Shown: positions 43,776 to 53,854, counted from the first letter of the stretch. The stretch is DNA of 64,000 bases from an uncultured bacterium (GCA_965368975.1 CBDUPA010000024.1:16790-80789), one strand, 5' to 3'. A program made the numbers and translations. Notes: a model not told the origin generated them from the letters alone.

Positions 43776-44213
43776 TTAGCAGCGGTGGTGGTCCGGCGTC
43801 CAGGTACGGATGCGTTTCTTGATTTCGCCGCGATCCCGGATGCCTTCGTCGAGTACTTGCCGCACCAACTCCGGCAGCTCTTCGTCACTGGCGAAGCGTA
43901 GCGCCACCATCTGGCCCGGCGTCAGCTCGGCGATGCGCGGGCGCAGGTCGTCGGACACCAGGTCTTGCAGGCGTAGCCGCATCTCCAGGCGGATCAAGCG
44001 GTCCTGCACCTGGAGCGCGAAGACACGGGCGTAGAGCAGCGTGCCGAGCAAGACGAACGCCAACACCACCATCGCTGCGCTATGGATCGATGGCTGGCGG
44101 ATCAACTCCCAGACGGCCAGGCCGAGGAGCAGCATGCCCAAGGGGAACAGGACGAAGTGGTAGGCGGGGACGAACTTGGCGTGTTGTGCCAGAGATTGTT
44201 TCTGTTCGGACAT
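43776..44213 (-). CDS. Small inner-membrane protein (2 TM helices), function unknown
   Basis: MSEQKQSLAQHAKFVPAYHFVLFPLGMLLLGLAVWELI... RBS GACAGGAGG upstream. Followed 43 nt later by the thioredoxin-like gene. Confidence 0.45.
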   Translation of the reverse strand: MSEQKQSLAQHAKFVPAYHFVLFPLGMLLLGLAVWELIRQPSIHSAAMVVLAFVLLGTLLYARVFALQVQDRLIRLEMRLRLQDLVSDDLRPRIAELTPGQMVALRFASDEELPELVRQVLDEGIRDRGEIKKRIRTWTPDHHRC

Positions 44214-44276
44214 AGTGGCCTCCTGTCAAGTCCGTCCAGCCGGTGCTGGATCGGCACCTGTTGTTCTAGGCGGACG

Positions 44277-44807
44277 TTACTTTCCGGGTCGGGTGACCGC
44301 TCCCGTGCCCTGCAACTGGACGATACGGTACGGACCATCTCCGAGGCTCTCCGGGTCGAATTCCAGACCCTGCTCTTCCGCCACGTGGCGCTGCCAGCCT
44401 TCGTAGTCTTCACGGCTGAGGTCGAAGATGCGGATGGTGCCCTGAGCGGCGGCCTGGCGGCCGTTCTCGCCCTGCGGGAAGATGATGACGTCATCCTGTA
44501 CCTTGACGCGTAGCAGATTGCCTTCGCCATCTGCGACCATCATCCAGCAGCCTTTCTTCTTGCACACCTCGGTGACGAGACCTTCGACGCGGACTGTCTT
44601 GTCAGCGTAAGCGTCGGGGTCAGCGAGGATGTCAGCGATCGGAGTCGCCTGCTCGACGGTGACGCCCTCGCCATAGCTGGCGTCACCAGAGGGTGTTTCT
44701 TGGGCTCCGGGATAGTCTTGCGCTGTGACGGTGGTGGCGACAGGTAGCAAGAGGAGGAAGCAGAGGGAGAGGCACGAGAGGGTTTGATTCACGGTCTTTG
44801 TCTCCAT
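44277..44807 (-). CDS. Secreted DUF4920-family protein
   Basis: Signal peptide and the DUF4920 signature VTEVCKKKGCWMMVADG. Confidence 0.6.
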   Translation of the reverse strand: METKTVNQTLSCLSLCFLLLLPVATTVTAQDYPGAQETPSGDASYGEGVTVEQATPIADILADPDAYADKTVRVEGLVTEVCKKKGCWMMVADGEGNLLRVKVQDDVIIFPQGENGRQAAAQGTIRIFDLSREDYEGWQRHVAEEQGLEFDPESLGDGPYRIVQLQGTGAVTRPGK

Positions 44808-44934
44808 GTAGTTTCCCGTATCCTCGGCGAAGCATCGTTCGGATGCAACCTCCTACCGCTGGCGAGGAGCGTCCAGGATTCGCGAGAGGCGTCGACGAGC
44901 TGGGCTGAGAAGGTGAGGGGGAGTCAGGTCTCCG

Positions 44935-47307
44935 CTACACCGGAGGCGGTTCGCCGCCGCTCAGGGTCCCGCTCAGGCCGATACGCTCCAGGAGTTCCTG
45001 GAAGCGGGTCTCACCGCGCAGCGGGTCGAAGTACGGCCGTACATGCGTCCACACCAGGTCGGCGGCGCGGGCTTCGACGGCGTCGTCGAGGGCGTCCAGA
45101 GCCTCGGCGATGCGGCCCAGGCCGGTGTAGCAGCAGGCGAAGAGCGTGGGGGCGACGTAGCGCAAGGTGGCGGTGGTACGCAGGGCGTCGAGCAATTCTT
45201 CGGCGCGCTGGGTTTGGCCCATGCGGCCGTACGTGTGGGCCAGCGCCGAGGTGATCTCCAGGCTACCGCCGCTCAGCCGAGCCGCTTGCTTGTGTTCCTT
45301 GACGGCTTCGTCGTACATGCCGACCTGCTCGTAGGCCTGGGCCAGGAAGCAGTGTGCCATGGCGAAGCTGCCGTCCATGTCGATGCAGGTGCGGTAGGCC
45401 TCGGTGGCTTCGCGGTAGCGACGGGAGTAGAAGTACAAGAGGCCGAGGCTGATCTGGATGGCGGGTGATAGCGGGTCGAGTTGTTGCGCGCGCTTGAGGG
45501 CTTCGCCGGCCTGTGCGACGTAGCCCAGGGGCAGCAGGCAATTCATGGCGTACCACTGGTGTGTGGTGGCGTAGTTGGGGTCCAGCTCCAGGCCGCGGCG
45601 GAAGTCTTGGCGGGCGCCCGCGAAGTCCCAGTCGTAGTTGGCGCGCACGCAGCCGAGGGCGGTGTAGACCTCGGCCTGGTTCGGGTTGAGCGCCAGCGCC
45701 TGCTCGCCATAGGCCTTGGCGCGTGGCATGACGTCTCGTGGTCGCGCGGCGCCGTAGATGCCGAGGATGGCGTAGGAGTCGGCGAGGCCGGCGTAGGCTC
45801 GGCTGTAGTCGGGGTTGCTCTCGAGCGCTTGCTGGAAGTAGCCGATACCCTTGTGCAGGTCATCTTCGGTGCGCTTGTTCCAGCAGAAGCGGCCCTTCAG
45901 GTAGAGGTTGTAGGCCTCGAGGCTGGCGGTGTCGCGACCGGCGGTGGTGCGGGGCGGTGCTTTGATCAAGGTGGTCTCGAGGGCTTCGGCGATCTCGGCG
46001 GCGATCTCGTCCTGGATGTCGAATAGGTCGCGTAGCTCGCGGTCGTAGCGGCTGGACCACAGGTGGTAGCCGTCGGCGACCTTGGTCAGTTGGGCGCTGA
46101 TGCGCAGTCGCGAGCCAGCCTTGCGCACGCTGCCTTCGAGCACCCAGTCGACGTTCAGCTTGCGGCCGATCTTGCGGATGTCTTCGGAGCGGCCGAGGAA
46201 CTGGAAGGCCGAGGTCCGCGACGCTACGCGCAGGCCGGGGACGCGGGTCAGCAGGTTGATCAGCTCCTCGGCCATGCCGCAGCAGAAGTACTCTTGGTCT
46301 TGCTCGGCGCTGAGGTCGGCGAAGGGCAGCACGCCGACGGACGATTCTCCGTCGCTCTGCTGGGGCGGCAGACTGGCGGGCGGGTACGCGGGAGTGATCA
46401 AGGTCACCGAGGTGCTGGCCTGGCGCAGCACGTGCAGCTCGTTGAGCATCTCGGTGGCATCTTGGTACCGGTCGGACGTTTCCTTGGCCAGCGCGCTGTC
46501 GAGGATCAGGTCGAGATTGCCGCGGTCGCCGTCGCCCAAGTTGTCGATCGGCTCGATCTCTTCGTGCAGGATCGAGTGCAGAGCCGCCATGTGGCTGTCA
46601 CCACGGAAAGGGACCTTGCCGGTCAACATCTCGTAGAACACGACGCCGAGGGACCACAGATCGCTGCGGTGGTCGACGCCCAGTCCGCGCACCTGCTCGG
46701 GCGACATGTAGGTGACGGTACCGACGGCGGTGCCTTCCTGGGTCAAGCGGTCACCGGGATCGGGAGTGGAGCCGAGCTTGGCGACGCCGAAGTCGAGGAT
46801 CTTGACCACGCGGTCGGGGGTGATCATCAGGTTCGCGGGCTTGACGTCACGGTGCACGATGCCGTGCTTGTGAGCGGCGCCGAGGCCGTGTGCCGCCTGG
46901 ATTGCCACGTCGACCGCCTCGGACACGGGCATTGCGCCACGCGCGATTCGCCGGTCGAGCGTCTCGCCCGGGTAGTAGGCCATGACGATGAACAGCTGCC
47001 CTTCCGGGGTCTCGTCGATCTCGTAGATGGTGCAGATGTTGGGGTGGTCGAGAGCGGACGCGCTCTGAGCTTCCTGGAAGAAGCGGCGACGAGCGGTGGT
47101 CTCGTCGAGCATGCCCAGGGGCAGGAATTTCATCGCCACCTGGCGCCGCAGCCAGGTGTCCTCGGCCAGGTAGACCACGGCCATGCCGCCGCGACCCAGT
47201 TGTTCCTGGATGCGATAGTGCGAGATCTTGCGCCCGATGAGCGCTCCGGTATTGCCCTGCTTCATGGATCGCCGCGTCTTTGAGGAGGGAAGTATACCCC
47301 TACTCAC
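44935..47307 (-). CDS. Serine/threonine protein kinase with sensor-like middle domain and C-terminal TPR repeats
   Basis: ISHYRIQEQLGRGGMAVVYLAED, HRDVKPANLMI, DFGVAK, SPEQ motifs. A VGVLPFADLSAEQDQEYFCCGMAEELINLLTRVPGLRVASRTS module sits after the kinase. Then six or more TPRs. The start is a GTG at 47307; an alternative is the ATG at 47265. Confidence 0.8.
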   Translation of the reverse strand: MSRGILPSSKTRRSMKQGNTGALIGRKISHYRIQEQLGRGGMAVVYLAEDTWLRRQVAMKFLPLGMLDETTARRRFFQEAQSASALDHPNICTIYEIDETPEGQLFIVMAYYPGETLDRRIARGAMPVSEAVDVAIQAAHGLGAAHKHGIVHRDVKPANLMITPDRVVKILDFGVAKLGSTPDPGDRLTQEGTAVGTVTYMSPEQVRGLGVDHRSDLWSLGVVFYEMLTGKVPFRGDSHMAALHSILHEEIEPIDNLGDGDRGNLDLILDSALAKETSDRYQDATEMLNELHVLRQASTSVTLITPAYPPASLPPQQSDGESSVGVLPFADLSAEQDQEYFCCGMAEELINLLTRVPGLRVASRTSAFQFLGRSEDIRKIGRKLNVDWVLEGSVRKAGSRLRISAQLTKVADGYHLWSSRYDRELRDLFDIQDEIAAEIAEALETTLIKAPPRTTAGRDTASLEAYNLYLKGRFCWNKRTEDDLHKGIGYFQQALESNPDYSRAYAGLADSYAILGIYGAARPRDVMPRAKAYGEQALALNPNQAEVYTALGCVRANYDWDFAGARQDFRRGLELDPNYATTHQWYAMNCLLPLGYVAQAGEALKRAQQLDPLSPAIQISLGLLYFYSRRYREATEAYRTCIDMDGSFAMAHCFLAQAYEQVGMYDEAVKEHKQAARLSGGSLEITSALAHTYGRMGQTQRAEELLDALRTTATLRYVAPTLFACCYTGLGRIAEALDALDDAVEARAADLVWTHVRPYFDPLRGETRFQELLERIGLSGTLSGGEPPPV

Positions 47308-47387
47308 CGGACTTCATTCTCGCCGGACTGCATTGTTTGGAGAGGAAGAGTGGTGCCGCGACGGCAGGCTGTAGACGCCGGCGGCCC

Positions 47388-47954
47388 TTAGGCGCGGGGA
47401 TCGTCGAGATGGCGTGCCAGGTCGCGGGCACGCAAGCGGGCGTGGTAGCAGCGCTGCTTGAGGTTGCGCGCCAGATCGCCGCTGTCGGCGGCCAGCTCGG
47501 AGAAGGTGTAGCCGTACCGGTAGTACCTCTGCAGCAGCTCCTGGTTGCGTGGTGGCAGGTCACGCAGCAGCCGGTTGAGGTCGCACCGGAGCTCTACCTG
47601 ATCCTGCTCGGGGCGCTGGCCGCCGGCGACCGCCTCGATGTGCTCTATCTCGGTCGGCTCATCGTGGCGTCCGTAGACCTTGCGCCAGTACATCAGGCAG
47701 CGGTTGCGCACGACGGCCATCAGGTAGGCCGCCGGTTCGTCCAGATGCTGTTTGCCCAGCAGGAGGAGAAGCGACTCCTGGACAATATCTTCGCGATCTT
47801 GCTGCGGGATACGGAAACGGTAGAGCATGCGCCGCAGTTCGGGTTGCAGCCGCTGCAGGAAGTCGCACCAGGGTTCACCGAGATCGAGCAGGGGCTGCGC
47901 CTCGATCTCGGGCCGCTGGCTGCCGGTCGTGGAGCAAGGTGTCGCAGGGCGCAT
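47388..47954 (-). CDS. ECF-family sigma factor located directly upstream of the Ser/Thr kinase
   Basis: sigma2-like (DIVQESLLLLLGK...YLMAVVRNRCLMYWRK) and sigma4-like (LPPRNQELLQRYYRYGYTFSELAADSGDLARNLKQRCYHARLRAR). No anti-sigma gene between it and the kinase. Confidence 0.7.
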   Translation of the reverse strand: MRPATPCSTTGSQRPEIEAQPLLDLGEPWCDFLQRLQPELRRMLYRFRIPQQDREDIVQESLLLLLGKQHLDEPAAYLMAVVRNRCLMYWRKVYGRHDEPTEIEHIEAVAGGQRPEQDQVELRCDLNRLLRDLPPRNQELLQRYYRYGYTFSELAADSGDLARNLKQRCYHARLRARDLARHLDDPRA

Positions 47955-48223
47955 GGTGTCTTTCCGGGCGACAAATAAAGCCTTCTAGGGTGACGAAATC
48001 GTGCCTGCGAAGTCTTTGGCTCTTCGTCGCTTCCGAGAGCAATTATAGCCATACAAGATGGGTTGATCGGATCCTTAGAGGCCATTTTTTGTCTATAGGG
48101 ATCCCGGAGCGACCACGTACGGCCAAGCGAGAAATATGCGTATGCTTGCCGAGACAATTGCTCTGTGAGACAAGGTCGGGGATCACGTTTGCCCATGCGG
48201 TGGTTTGGTAGGGTGGCCGCGTC

Positions 48224-48772
48224 ATGGGCCAGGATGACGACGAACGTGCCGACGATACGGAGCGATCTCTCTTTCTCGACGCCATGCGGGGTGTGCAGCC
48301 GCTGGCGGAGCGTCGCCGTGGTCCGGGTTTGGCGTTGCTCGATGCGGCGCGTACGGCGCGGCGCTCGCGCCCGGTTGCCGGGCCTCGAGCGAGCCGGCGG
48401 ATCGAAGTCGAGGCGCTGGGCGAGGAGGTGCGCGGTGTCGCCGCGGGCGTCGACGAGCGGGTGGTCTGGCGACTGCGCGACGAGGGGCGGTTCGATCTGC
48501 GTCTCGACCTGCACGGACTCGACCGCGAAGGCGCGCGCGAGTGGATCGAGCGTCGGCTGTTGCAGGCATACCTGGCGGGCGAGCGCCGGGTGCTCCTGGT
48601 GCACGGTCGTGGCCTGCGCTCGGCGGCCGGGCCGGTGCTCAAGCGCTGGTTGCCGCAGTGTCTTTCGTCATCGCCGCTCGACAAGTTGGTCCTGGCTTTC
48701 ACCACCGCCGGTGCGCGTCAAGGTGGCAGTGGTGCGACGCTCGTTCTGCTGCGCAAGCGCCGACGCGGGTGA
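48224..48772 (+). CDS. Smr-domain protein (MutS2 C-terminal-like small nuclease/nickase domain)
   Basis: LDLHGLDREGAREWIERRL...LLVHGRGLRS...PVLKRWLPQCL fits the Smr motif (LDLHG ... HGkG). Confidence 0.65.
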   Translation: MGQDDDERADDTERSLFLDAMRGVQPLAERRRGPGLALLDAARTARRSRPVAGPRASRRIEVEALGEEVRGVAAGVDERVVWRLRDEGRFDLRLDLHGLDREGAREWIERRLLQAYLAGERRVLLVHGRGLRSAAGPVLKRWLPQCLSSSPLDKLVLAFTTAGARQGGSGATLVLLRKRRRG

Positions 48773-48919
48773 CTCGGGCTGGCGTCCTGCCAGATCTGCT
48801 AGCATGCGCGGCGAACGACCGCGTTCGCGCGGCGTCCCGCCACCGTTCCTCCATCTCCTCACCGGAGATTCGATCATCCGCAAGAACCCGTTCCTTTGAC
48901 GACACCGTCCGGAGCCGCC

Positions 48920-51145
48920 ATGAAACGCCCTCCTCTGATGCAACGTCCAGTTTTCCAGTTCACCGCCCTCTTGCTGGGTGGCCTGCTCGTCACCCTGCTG
49001 CTGCCCGCGATCGCCACCGCTCAGGACGCCACCGCCCAGGACGCCACCGCCCAGGACGGTATCGCCCAGGATGGGCGGCGCGTGATCGTCCTCGGCTTCG
49101 ATGGTGCCGACGGCAACAAAGCCCGTCAGTGGATGGACGAGGGGTACCTGCCGCACATGGCTGAGCTGGCGGAGCAAGGTACCTTCGCGCCCATGCGCGT
49201 GACCATCCCGTCGCAGACGCCGGTGGCCTGGTCGACCTTCTCGACCGGCCTCAACCCCGGACGGCACACCATCTTCGACTTCCTGCGTCGCGATCCGGCC
49301 ACCTACCAGCCGGCTTTCGGCTTCGCCGACGCCATCCAGGTACCCTTCCTGTGGGGCGAGCGCAATGGTCTGATGATCGGCCTGATGGTCGGCGCCGGCC
49401 TGCTGCTGGTCCTGGTGCTACTGCTCAAGCTGTTGCGCCTCAAGTGGCTGACCGCCGCCATCGCGGCCCTGGTGCTCGGCGTGCTCGGCGGTGTCGCCGC
49501 CGGCATGGCGGCCGAGCGGTACTTGCCCAAGGAGCGGCCGGAGGCGATCAACTACCAGCAAGGCGAGACCTTCTGGGAGACGCTCGGCAACGCTGGCAAG
49601 CGCGTCAAGGTGATCCGCATGCCGGTGACCTTCCCGCCCAAGCCGTTCAGCCACGGCCAGCTGCTCACCGGCCTGGGAACCCCCGATCTGTCCGCGCGCA
49701 TCGGCAAGCCCTTCTACTTCACCTCCGAGCTGTTCCTGACGCCCAAGTTCGGCAATGACTTCTCGATCGAGGTGGTGGAGCTGTACGACAACCAGGGTGA
49801 GCTGATCACCGAGATCAAGGGCCCGCCGAACAAGCTCTTCCCGGAGCAGAGTGACTACATCTACCAGCCGATGAAGCTGACCGTCGCCGAAGACCGCTCG
49901 CGTCTCGACATCGACGTCTCGGGCCAACAGCTGAGCCTCGAGCCCGGGCAGTGGAGTGATTGGGTGCGCCTGGAGTTCCCCTTCAACGACCTGATCTCGC
50001 TCCACGGCATGGGTCGCTTCCACCTGCTATCGCTGGAACCGGAAGTGCGGCTCTACCTGTCGCCGGTGCAGTTCGACCCGGAGAACCTGCCGGAAATCGT
50101 CGACATCAGCACGCCGCGTCAGCTGGCGCCTGACCTGGCGGCGCAGTTCGGTCTCTACAAGACCATCGGTTGGGCGACCGACACCTGGTCGCTGTCCGAG
50201 GGCACGATCGACGAAGAGGTCTTCATGCAAGACGTCGAGAACACGGTGAGCCAGTACGAGAAGATGCTCTACGGCCTGCTCGACGACGACGATTGGGACG
50301 TGCTGTTCTTCTACTTCGAGTTCACCGACCGCGTGCAGCACATGATGTACCGCTACTTCGACCCCGAGCATCCGCTCTACGACGCCGACAAGGCGGCCAA
50401 GTTCGCCGGCACCATCCTGGAGTCCTACCAGCGCATGGACGCGATCATCGGCAACGTCCTGGAGCAGAAGCCCCAGGGCTCGGACCTGATCGTCGCCTCG
50501 GACCACGGTTTCGCCAGCTTCCGCCACAGCGTCAACTACAACACCTGGCTGGTCGAGAACGGTTACATGACGCTCAAGGGGCAGGACGCCGAGAAGCGCA
50601 ACCTGGAGCAGCTGTTCGAGAAGAGCGGCGACTTCCTGAGCAACGTCGACTGGAGTCAGACCAAGGCCTACGCCCTGGGACTGGGCCAGATCTACATCAA
50701 CCTGCAGGGCCGCGAGCGTGACGGCATCGTCAAGCCCGAGGAATACGATGCCCTGGTGCAGGAATTGAAGCTGGCGCTCGAGGCCTACGTCGACGAGGAG
50801 ACCGGCGAGAACCCGGTGGCCTACGTCTTCACGCGCGACGAGGCGTTCGGCACCTACGATCCCAACCACGTGCCCGACCTGGTGCCGTCCAACAACGACG
50901 GCTACCGCGTCGGCTGGCAGGACAGCCTGGGCGGCTTCGGCACCTCGGTGATCGAGCCCAACACGCGGCCGTGGAGCGGCGATCACTGCTCCGTCTACCC
51001 GCCGCTGGTGCCGGGCATCCTGTTCAGCACGCTGCAGCTGGACACCGAGGACCCCTACATGGCGGACGTCATGCCGACCCTGCTGGAACTCTATGGCGTC
51101 GAGCCGCCGGTGCAGCTCGATGGCAAGAGTCTGCTGGTGAACTGA
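48920..51145 (+). CDS. Alkaline-phosphatase-superfamily (type I phosphodiesterase / nucleotide pyrophosphatase-like) secreted or membrane protein
   Basis: ATG at 48920 with GGAG 5 nt upstream. Signal peptide, then VIVLGFDGADG and TPVAWSTFSTG (metal-binding Asp / nucleophile Thr context), a later SDHGF, and an internal TM segment. N-terminal (AQDAT)x4 repeat. The 744-aa opposite-strand ORF is antisense. Confidence 0.65.
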   Translation: MKRPPLMQRPVFQFTALLLGGLLVTLLLPAIATAQDATAQDATAQDGIAQDGRRVIVLGFDGADGNKARQWMDEGYLPHMAELAEQGTFAPMRVTIPSQTPVAWSTFSTGLNPGRHTIFDFLRRDPATYQPAFGFADAIQVPFLWGERNGLMIGLMVGAGLLLVLVLLLKLLRLKWLTAAIAALVLGVLGGVAAGMAAERYLPKERPEAINYQQGETFWETLGNAGKRVKVIRMPVTFPPKPFSHGQLLTGLGTPDLSARIGKPFYFTSELFLTPKFGNDFSIEVVELYDNQGELITEIKGPPNKLFPEQSDYIYQPMKLTVAEDRSRLDIDVSGQQLSLEPGQWSDWVRLEFPFNDLISLHGMGRFHLLSLEPEVRLYLSPVQFDPENLPEIVDISTPRQLAPDLAAQFGLYKTIGWATDTWSLSEGTIDEEVFMQDVENTVSQYEKMLYGLLDDDDWDVLFFYFEFTDRVQHMMYRYFDPEHPLYDADKAAKFAGTILESYQRMDAIIGNVLEQKPQGSDLIVASDHGFASFRHSVNYNTWLVENGYMTLKGQDAEKRNLEQLFEKSGDFLSNVDWSQTKAYALGLGQIYINLQGRERDGIVKPEEYDALVQELKLALEAYVDEETGENPVAYVFTRDEAFGTYDPNHVPDLVPSNNDGYRVGWQDSLGGFGTSVIEPNTRPWSGDHCSVYPPLVPGILFSTLQLDTEDPYMADVMPTLLELYGVEPPVQLDGKSLLVN
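49016..49075 (+). repeat. Four tandem 15-nt repeats (gcccaggacgccacc-like) encoding AQDATAQDATAQDGIAQDG after the signal peptide
   Basis: Seen directly in the sequence. Confidence 0.6.
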
Positions 51146-51169
51146 GGACGCGGGGGGGACGGCGACTCG

Positions 51170-52369
51170 ATGCGGGCACCTGGGTGGCTCGATAAGCGAT
51201 GCGCGGGGCGGCTGCTGATCGCGGTCGCCGCCGTGCTGCTGTCGCTGCCCGTCGCCACCCAACCCGAGCCGTCGCAGCGCCAGCGCGATCTCGAACGCCT
51301 GCGCTCCGACGTCGCGGACCTGGAACAGCAGCTGCAGGACGTGCAGGCCAGCGCCCAGGGCCTGGCCGGCGAACTGGAGAGCACCCGGGTCGAGTTGCAG
51401 CTGCAGCGCAAGCGCGTCGCCGAAGCGGAGGCGGCGCGCGACGTCGCGGTCGAGCAGGTCGAGAGCCGCCGTCGCCGCGTCGAAGACCTCGAAGGCCGGC
51501 TGGCCACGACGCGCGAAGAACTGCAGCAGCGCTTGGCCGGACTCTACCGGCTCGGTCGCTGGGGCTACCTGCGCCTGCTGCTGTCGATCGAAGACGCCGC
51601 GGATCCGCTGCGCGGCGTGCGGGCGTTGCGCTACCTGGCGCGTCGTGACGCCGAGGCGATCGATCGTTACGCCGATGGCCGCGATCGCCTGCGTCAGGAA
51701 GTCGCCGAGCTGGAAGAGCAGCGCCGGCAGGTCGAGGCCTGGGCGCAGCAAGAAGAAGAGCGCCGGCGTCAACTCAGCCGCCTGCGCCAGCGTCAAAGCC
51801 GCTTGCTGGCACAGCTGCAGCAGGAGCGCGAGCAGCTGGCCGAGCGGGCCGAGGCCCTGCGCGAGAAAGAGCGCAAGCTGGGCCGTCTGATCGACACCCT
51901 GGCTGGCACCGATCCCGTCGCGACCCAGGGCGAGGCCCAAGCTCGAGCTGGCGACGCACCGGCCGTCGCCGCCGAGCCGATTCAGCAGTTCCGTGGCGTG
52001 CTCGACTGGCCCCTGCGGGGCGAGATCGTCGAGGGCTACGGCACCCGGCGCGATCCGCGCTACGGCACCGAAGTGCCGCACAACGGCATCGAGATCGCGG
52101 TTCCCGAGGGCGATCGAGAGGCCGCCGAAGTGCGCGTCGTCTACCCGGGGCAGGTCCTCTTCGCCTCGCCCTTCGAAGGCTACGGCACGATGGTCGTGGT
52201 CGTGCATCCTGACCGCGTATTCTCGATCTACACCGGTCTCGACGAGCTGCAAGTGGCCCAAGGCGATGTGCTATCGTTGGCCTCCGTGGTGGGACGGGCC
52301 GGCGACCGCCTCTACTTTGAAATCCGCGTCGAAAACCGTCCCGAAGACCCTCAGCAGTGGCTGCGCTGA
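51170..52369 (+). CDS. envC: Murein hydrolase activator EnvC-like protein (coiled-coil + M23/LytM peptidase domain)
   Basis: Signal peptide, long coiled-coil (LERLRSDVADLEQQLQDVQ...), and a C-terminal LytM domain (PHNGIEIAVPEG...YGTMVVVVHPDRVFSIYTGL). Occupies the envC position upstream of ctpA and yibQ. Confidence 0.75.
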   Translation: MRAPGWLDKRCAGRLLIAVAAVLLSLPVATQPEPSQRQRDLERLRSDVADLEQQLQDVQASAQGLAGELESTRVELQLQRKRVAEAEAARDVAVEQVESRRRRVEDLEGRLATTREELQQRLAGLYRLGRWGYLRLLLSIEDAADPLRGVRALRYLARRDAEAIDRYADGRDRLRQEVAELEEQRRQVEAWAQQEEERRRQLSRLRQRQSRLLAQLQQEREQLAERAEALREKERKLGRLIDTLAGTDPVATQGEAQARAGDAPAVAAEPIQQFRGVLDWPLRGEIVEGYGTRRDPRYGTEVPHNGIEIAVPEGDREAAEVRVVYPGQVLFASPFEGYGTMVVVVHPDRVFSIYTGLDELQVAQGDVLSLASVVGRAGDRLYFEIRVENRPEDPQQWLR

Positions 52370-52536
52370 CGCTCCGGTAGGGGCTCTGTCAATTCAGGTG
52401 ACACCCAGCAAATCGGACGCCACTCCAGGAATGGCCGCTCCGGTGTCCTGGTTAGCAGCACTGAGGGGGTACAGGCCCCAAGCCGCGGACGCGCCGTGCG
52501 CCGTGCTCCCGCCCGCCATCCCACAGCCAGAGGTCG

Positions 52537-53772
52537 ATGCCCATGCCCGCCAGACCCGTCCCCAGCCGCTCTCTCATCCCCAGCCGAGCTGTCTTTCTCG
52601 TCCTCTCTCTCGCCGTCCTCGGTGGCCTTTTCGCCGCCGGCTACAGTGCCGCTGCCGCGCGCGACGACGGTGCCGACGAAGACTCGTTCATCAAACACCT
52701 GGCGATGTTCACCGAAGTGATGGGCCTAGTGCGTCAGGGCTACGTCGACGAAACCGGCTCCGACGACCTGATGCTGGGGGCTCTCGACGGTGCCACGGAC
52801 GCTCTAGATCCGTTCTCGATCTACGTGCCGGCCGAGGGCTCCGACCAGTACGCCGAGGCACGCCGCATCGGCGCTCGCCACAGCGGTTTGATGCTGCTGC
52901 GCGAACGTGGCTTCGTCTACGCCGTGGCCGTGCAGCCGGAAAGCCCGGCCGCCAAGGCTGGCGTGTTGGTGGGCGATATCATCGGGGAAATCGACGGTGA
53001 CCTCAGTCAGAGCCTGCCCATGTGGGCGATCCAGCACCGGCTCAGCCAGCCTCCCGGTACCGAGGTACGCCTCGAGCTGCTGCGCGGTCAGCGTCACATC
53101 CCGGTGGCACTCGAGCTGGGTGTCTTCCCGCGGCGCGCAGCCGAGTATGCTTCCGAAGACGGCGTCGCCACCCTGCGCATGCACCACCTCGATGGCGACA
53201 GCGCCAGCGAAGCGCGCCGTGCTCTCGACTGGGCGGCGCGCCAGCACGATCGCCTGCTGCTCGACCTGCGCGGTGTCGCTGGCGGTGACATGAATGCTGC
53301 CTACCAGGTCGCGGCCCTGTTCGCTGACGGTCAGCTGGGCATCCTGCGCGGCCGCGGCGGTGAAGTCGAGACCTTCGAAGGTGACGCGCCCAGTTGGCAC
53401 GGTCGCCTCGTCGTGCTGATCGACCGCGGCACGCTCGGCGCTGCCGAGATTCTGGCCACCGTGCTGCGGCAGAAAGTCGACGCCGAACTGGTCGGGGAAC
53501 CGAGCTTCGGCTACGCTGGTCGGCAGACCCGCGTCGAGATTCCCTCCGGCGGCGACCTCTGGATCACCGACGCCTTTTACACGGGTCCGGACGGGGAACC
53601 GGTCAACCAGGGTCTCGTGCCCGACCTGCGCGTCGCCGACACCATCCGTCGTGCCCTGGCCGACGAAGAGCGCGACCCCAGCGAAGCCCCCGAAGACGCC
53701 ATCCGCAAGCGCGGCCTGGAGCGCCTGCTGAGCGACGAACCGTTGGCAGAGCCCGAAGCCGCCGTGGCCTGA
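52537..53772 (+). CDS. ctpA: Carboxyl-terminal processing protease, S41 family (CtpA-like) with PDZ domain
   Basis: TM/signal (AVFLVLSLAVLGGLFAAG), PDZ (AGVLVGDIIGEIDG), and S41 catalytic region (VVLIDRGTLGAAEILATVL ... the G[ST]ASA-like Ser context and the Lys region). Confidence 0.8.
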   Translation: MPMPARPVPSRSLIPSRAVFLVLSLAVLGGLFAAGYSAAAARDDGADEDSFIKHLAMFTEVMGLVRQGYVDETGSDDLMLGALDGATDALDPFSIYVPAEGSDQYAEARRIGARHSGLMLLRERGFVYAVAVQPESPAAKAGVLVGDIIGEIDGDLSQSLPMWAIQHRLSQPPGTEVRLELLRGQRHIPVALELGVFPRRAAEYASEDGVATLRMHHLDGDSASEARRALDWAARQHDRLLLDLRGVAGGDMNAAYQVAALFADGQLGILRGRGGEVETFEGDAPSWHGRLVVLIDRGTLGAAEILATVLRQKVDAELVGEPSFGYAGRQTRVEIPSGGDLWITDAFYTGPDGEPVNQGLVPDLRVADTIRRALADEERDPSEAPEDAIRKRGLERLLSDEPLAEPEAAVA

Positions 53773-53854
53773 GGCACGCGCCCGTTCCGAACGTTACCGC
53801 GACTGGCCCCGATCGAACCACGACGAGCAGCCTCTCAGGAATTTCAGCCCTCAC

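Noticed and set aside
46063-47283. 406-aa plus-strand ORF (and 45043..45468, 45481..46026) opposite the Ser/Thr kinase
   Set aside because: The kinase catalytic motifs (HRDVKPANL, DFG, SPE) are on the minus strand.
50027-52261. 744-aa minus-strand ORF covering the AlkP-family and envC-like genes
   Set aside because: Both plus-strand genes have recognisable domains (the AlkP metal site and the LytM domain). One antisense ORF spanning two genes is an artefact of stop-codon scarcity at high GC.
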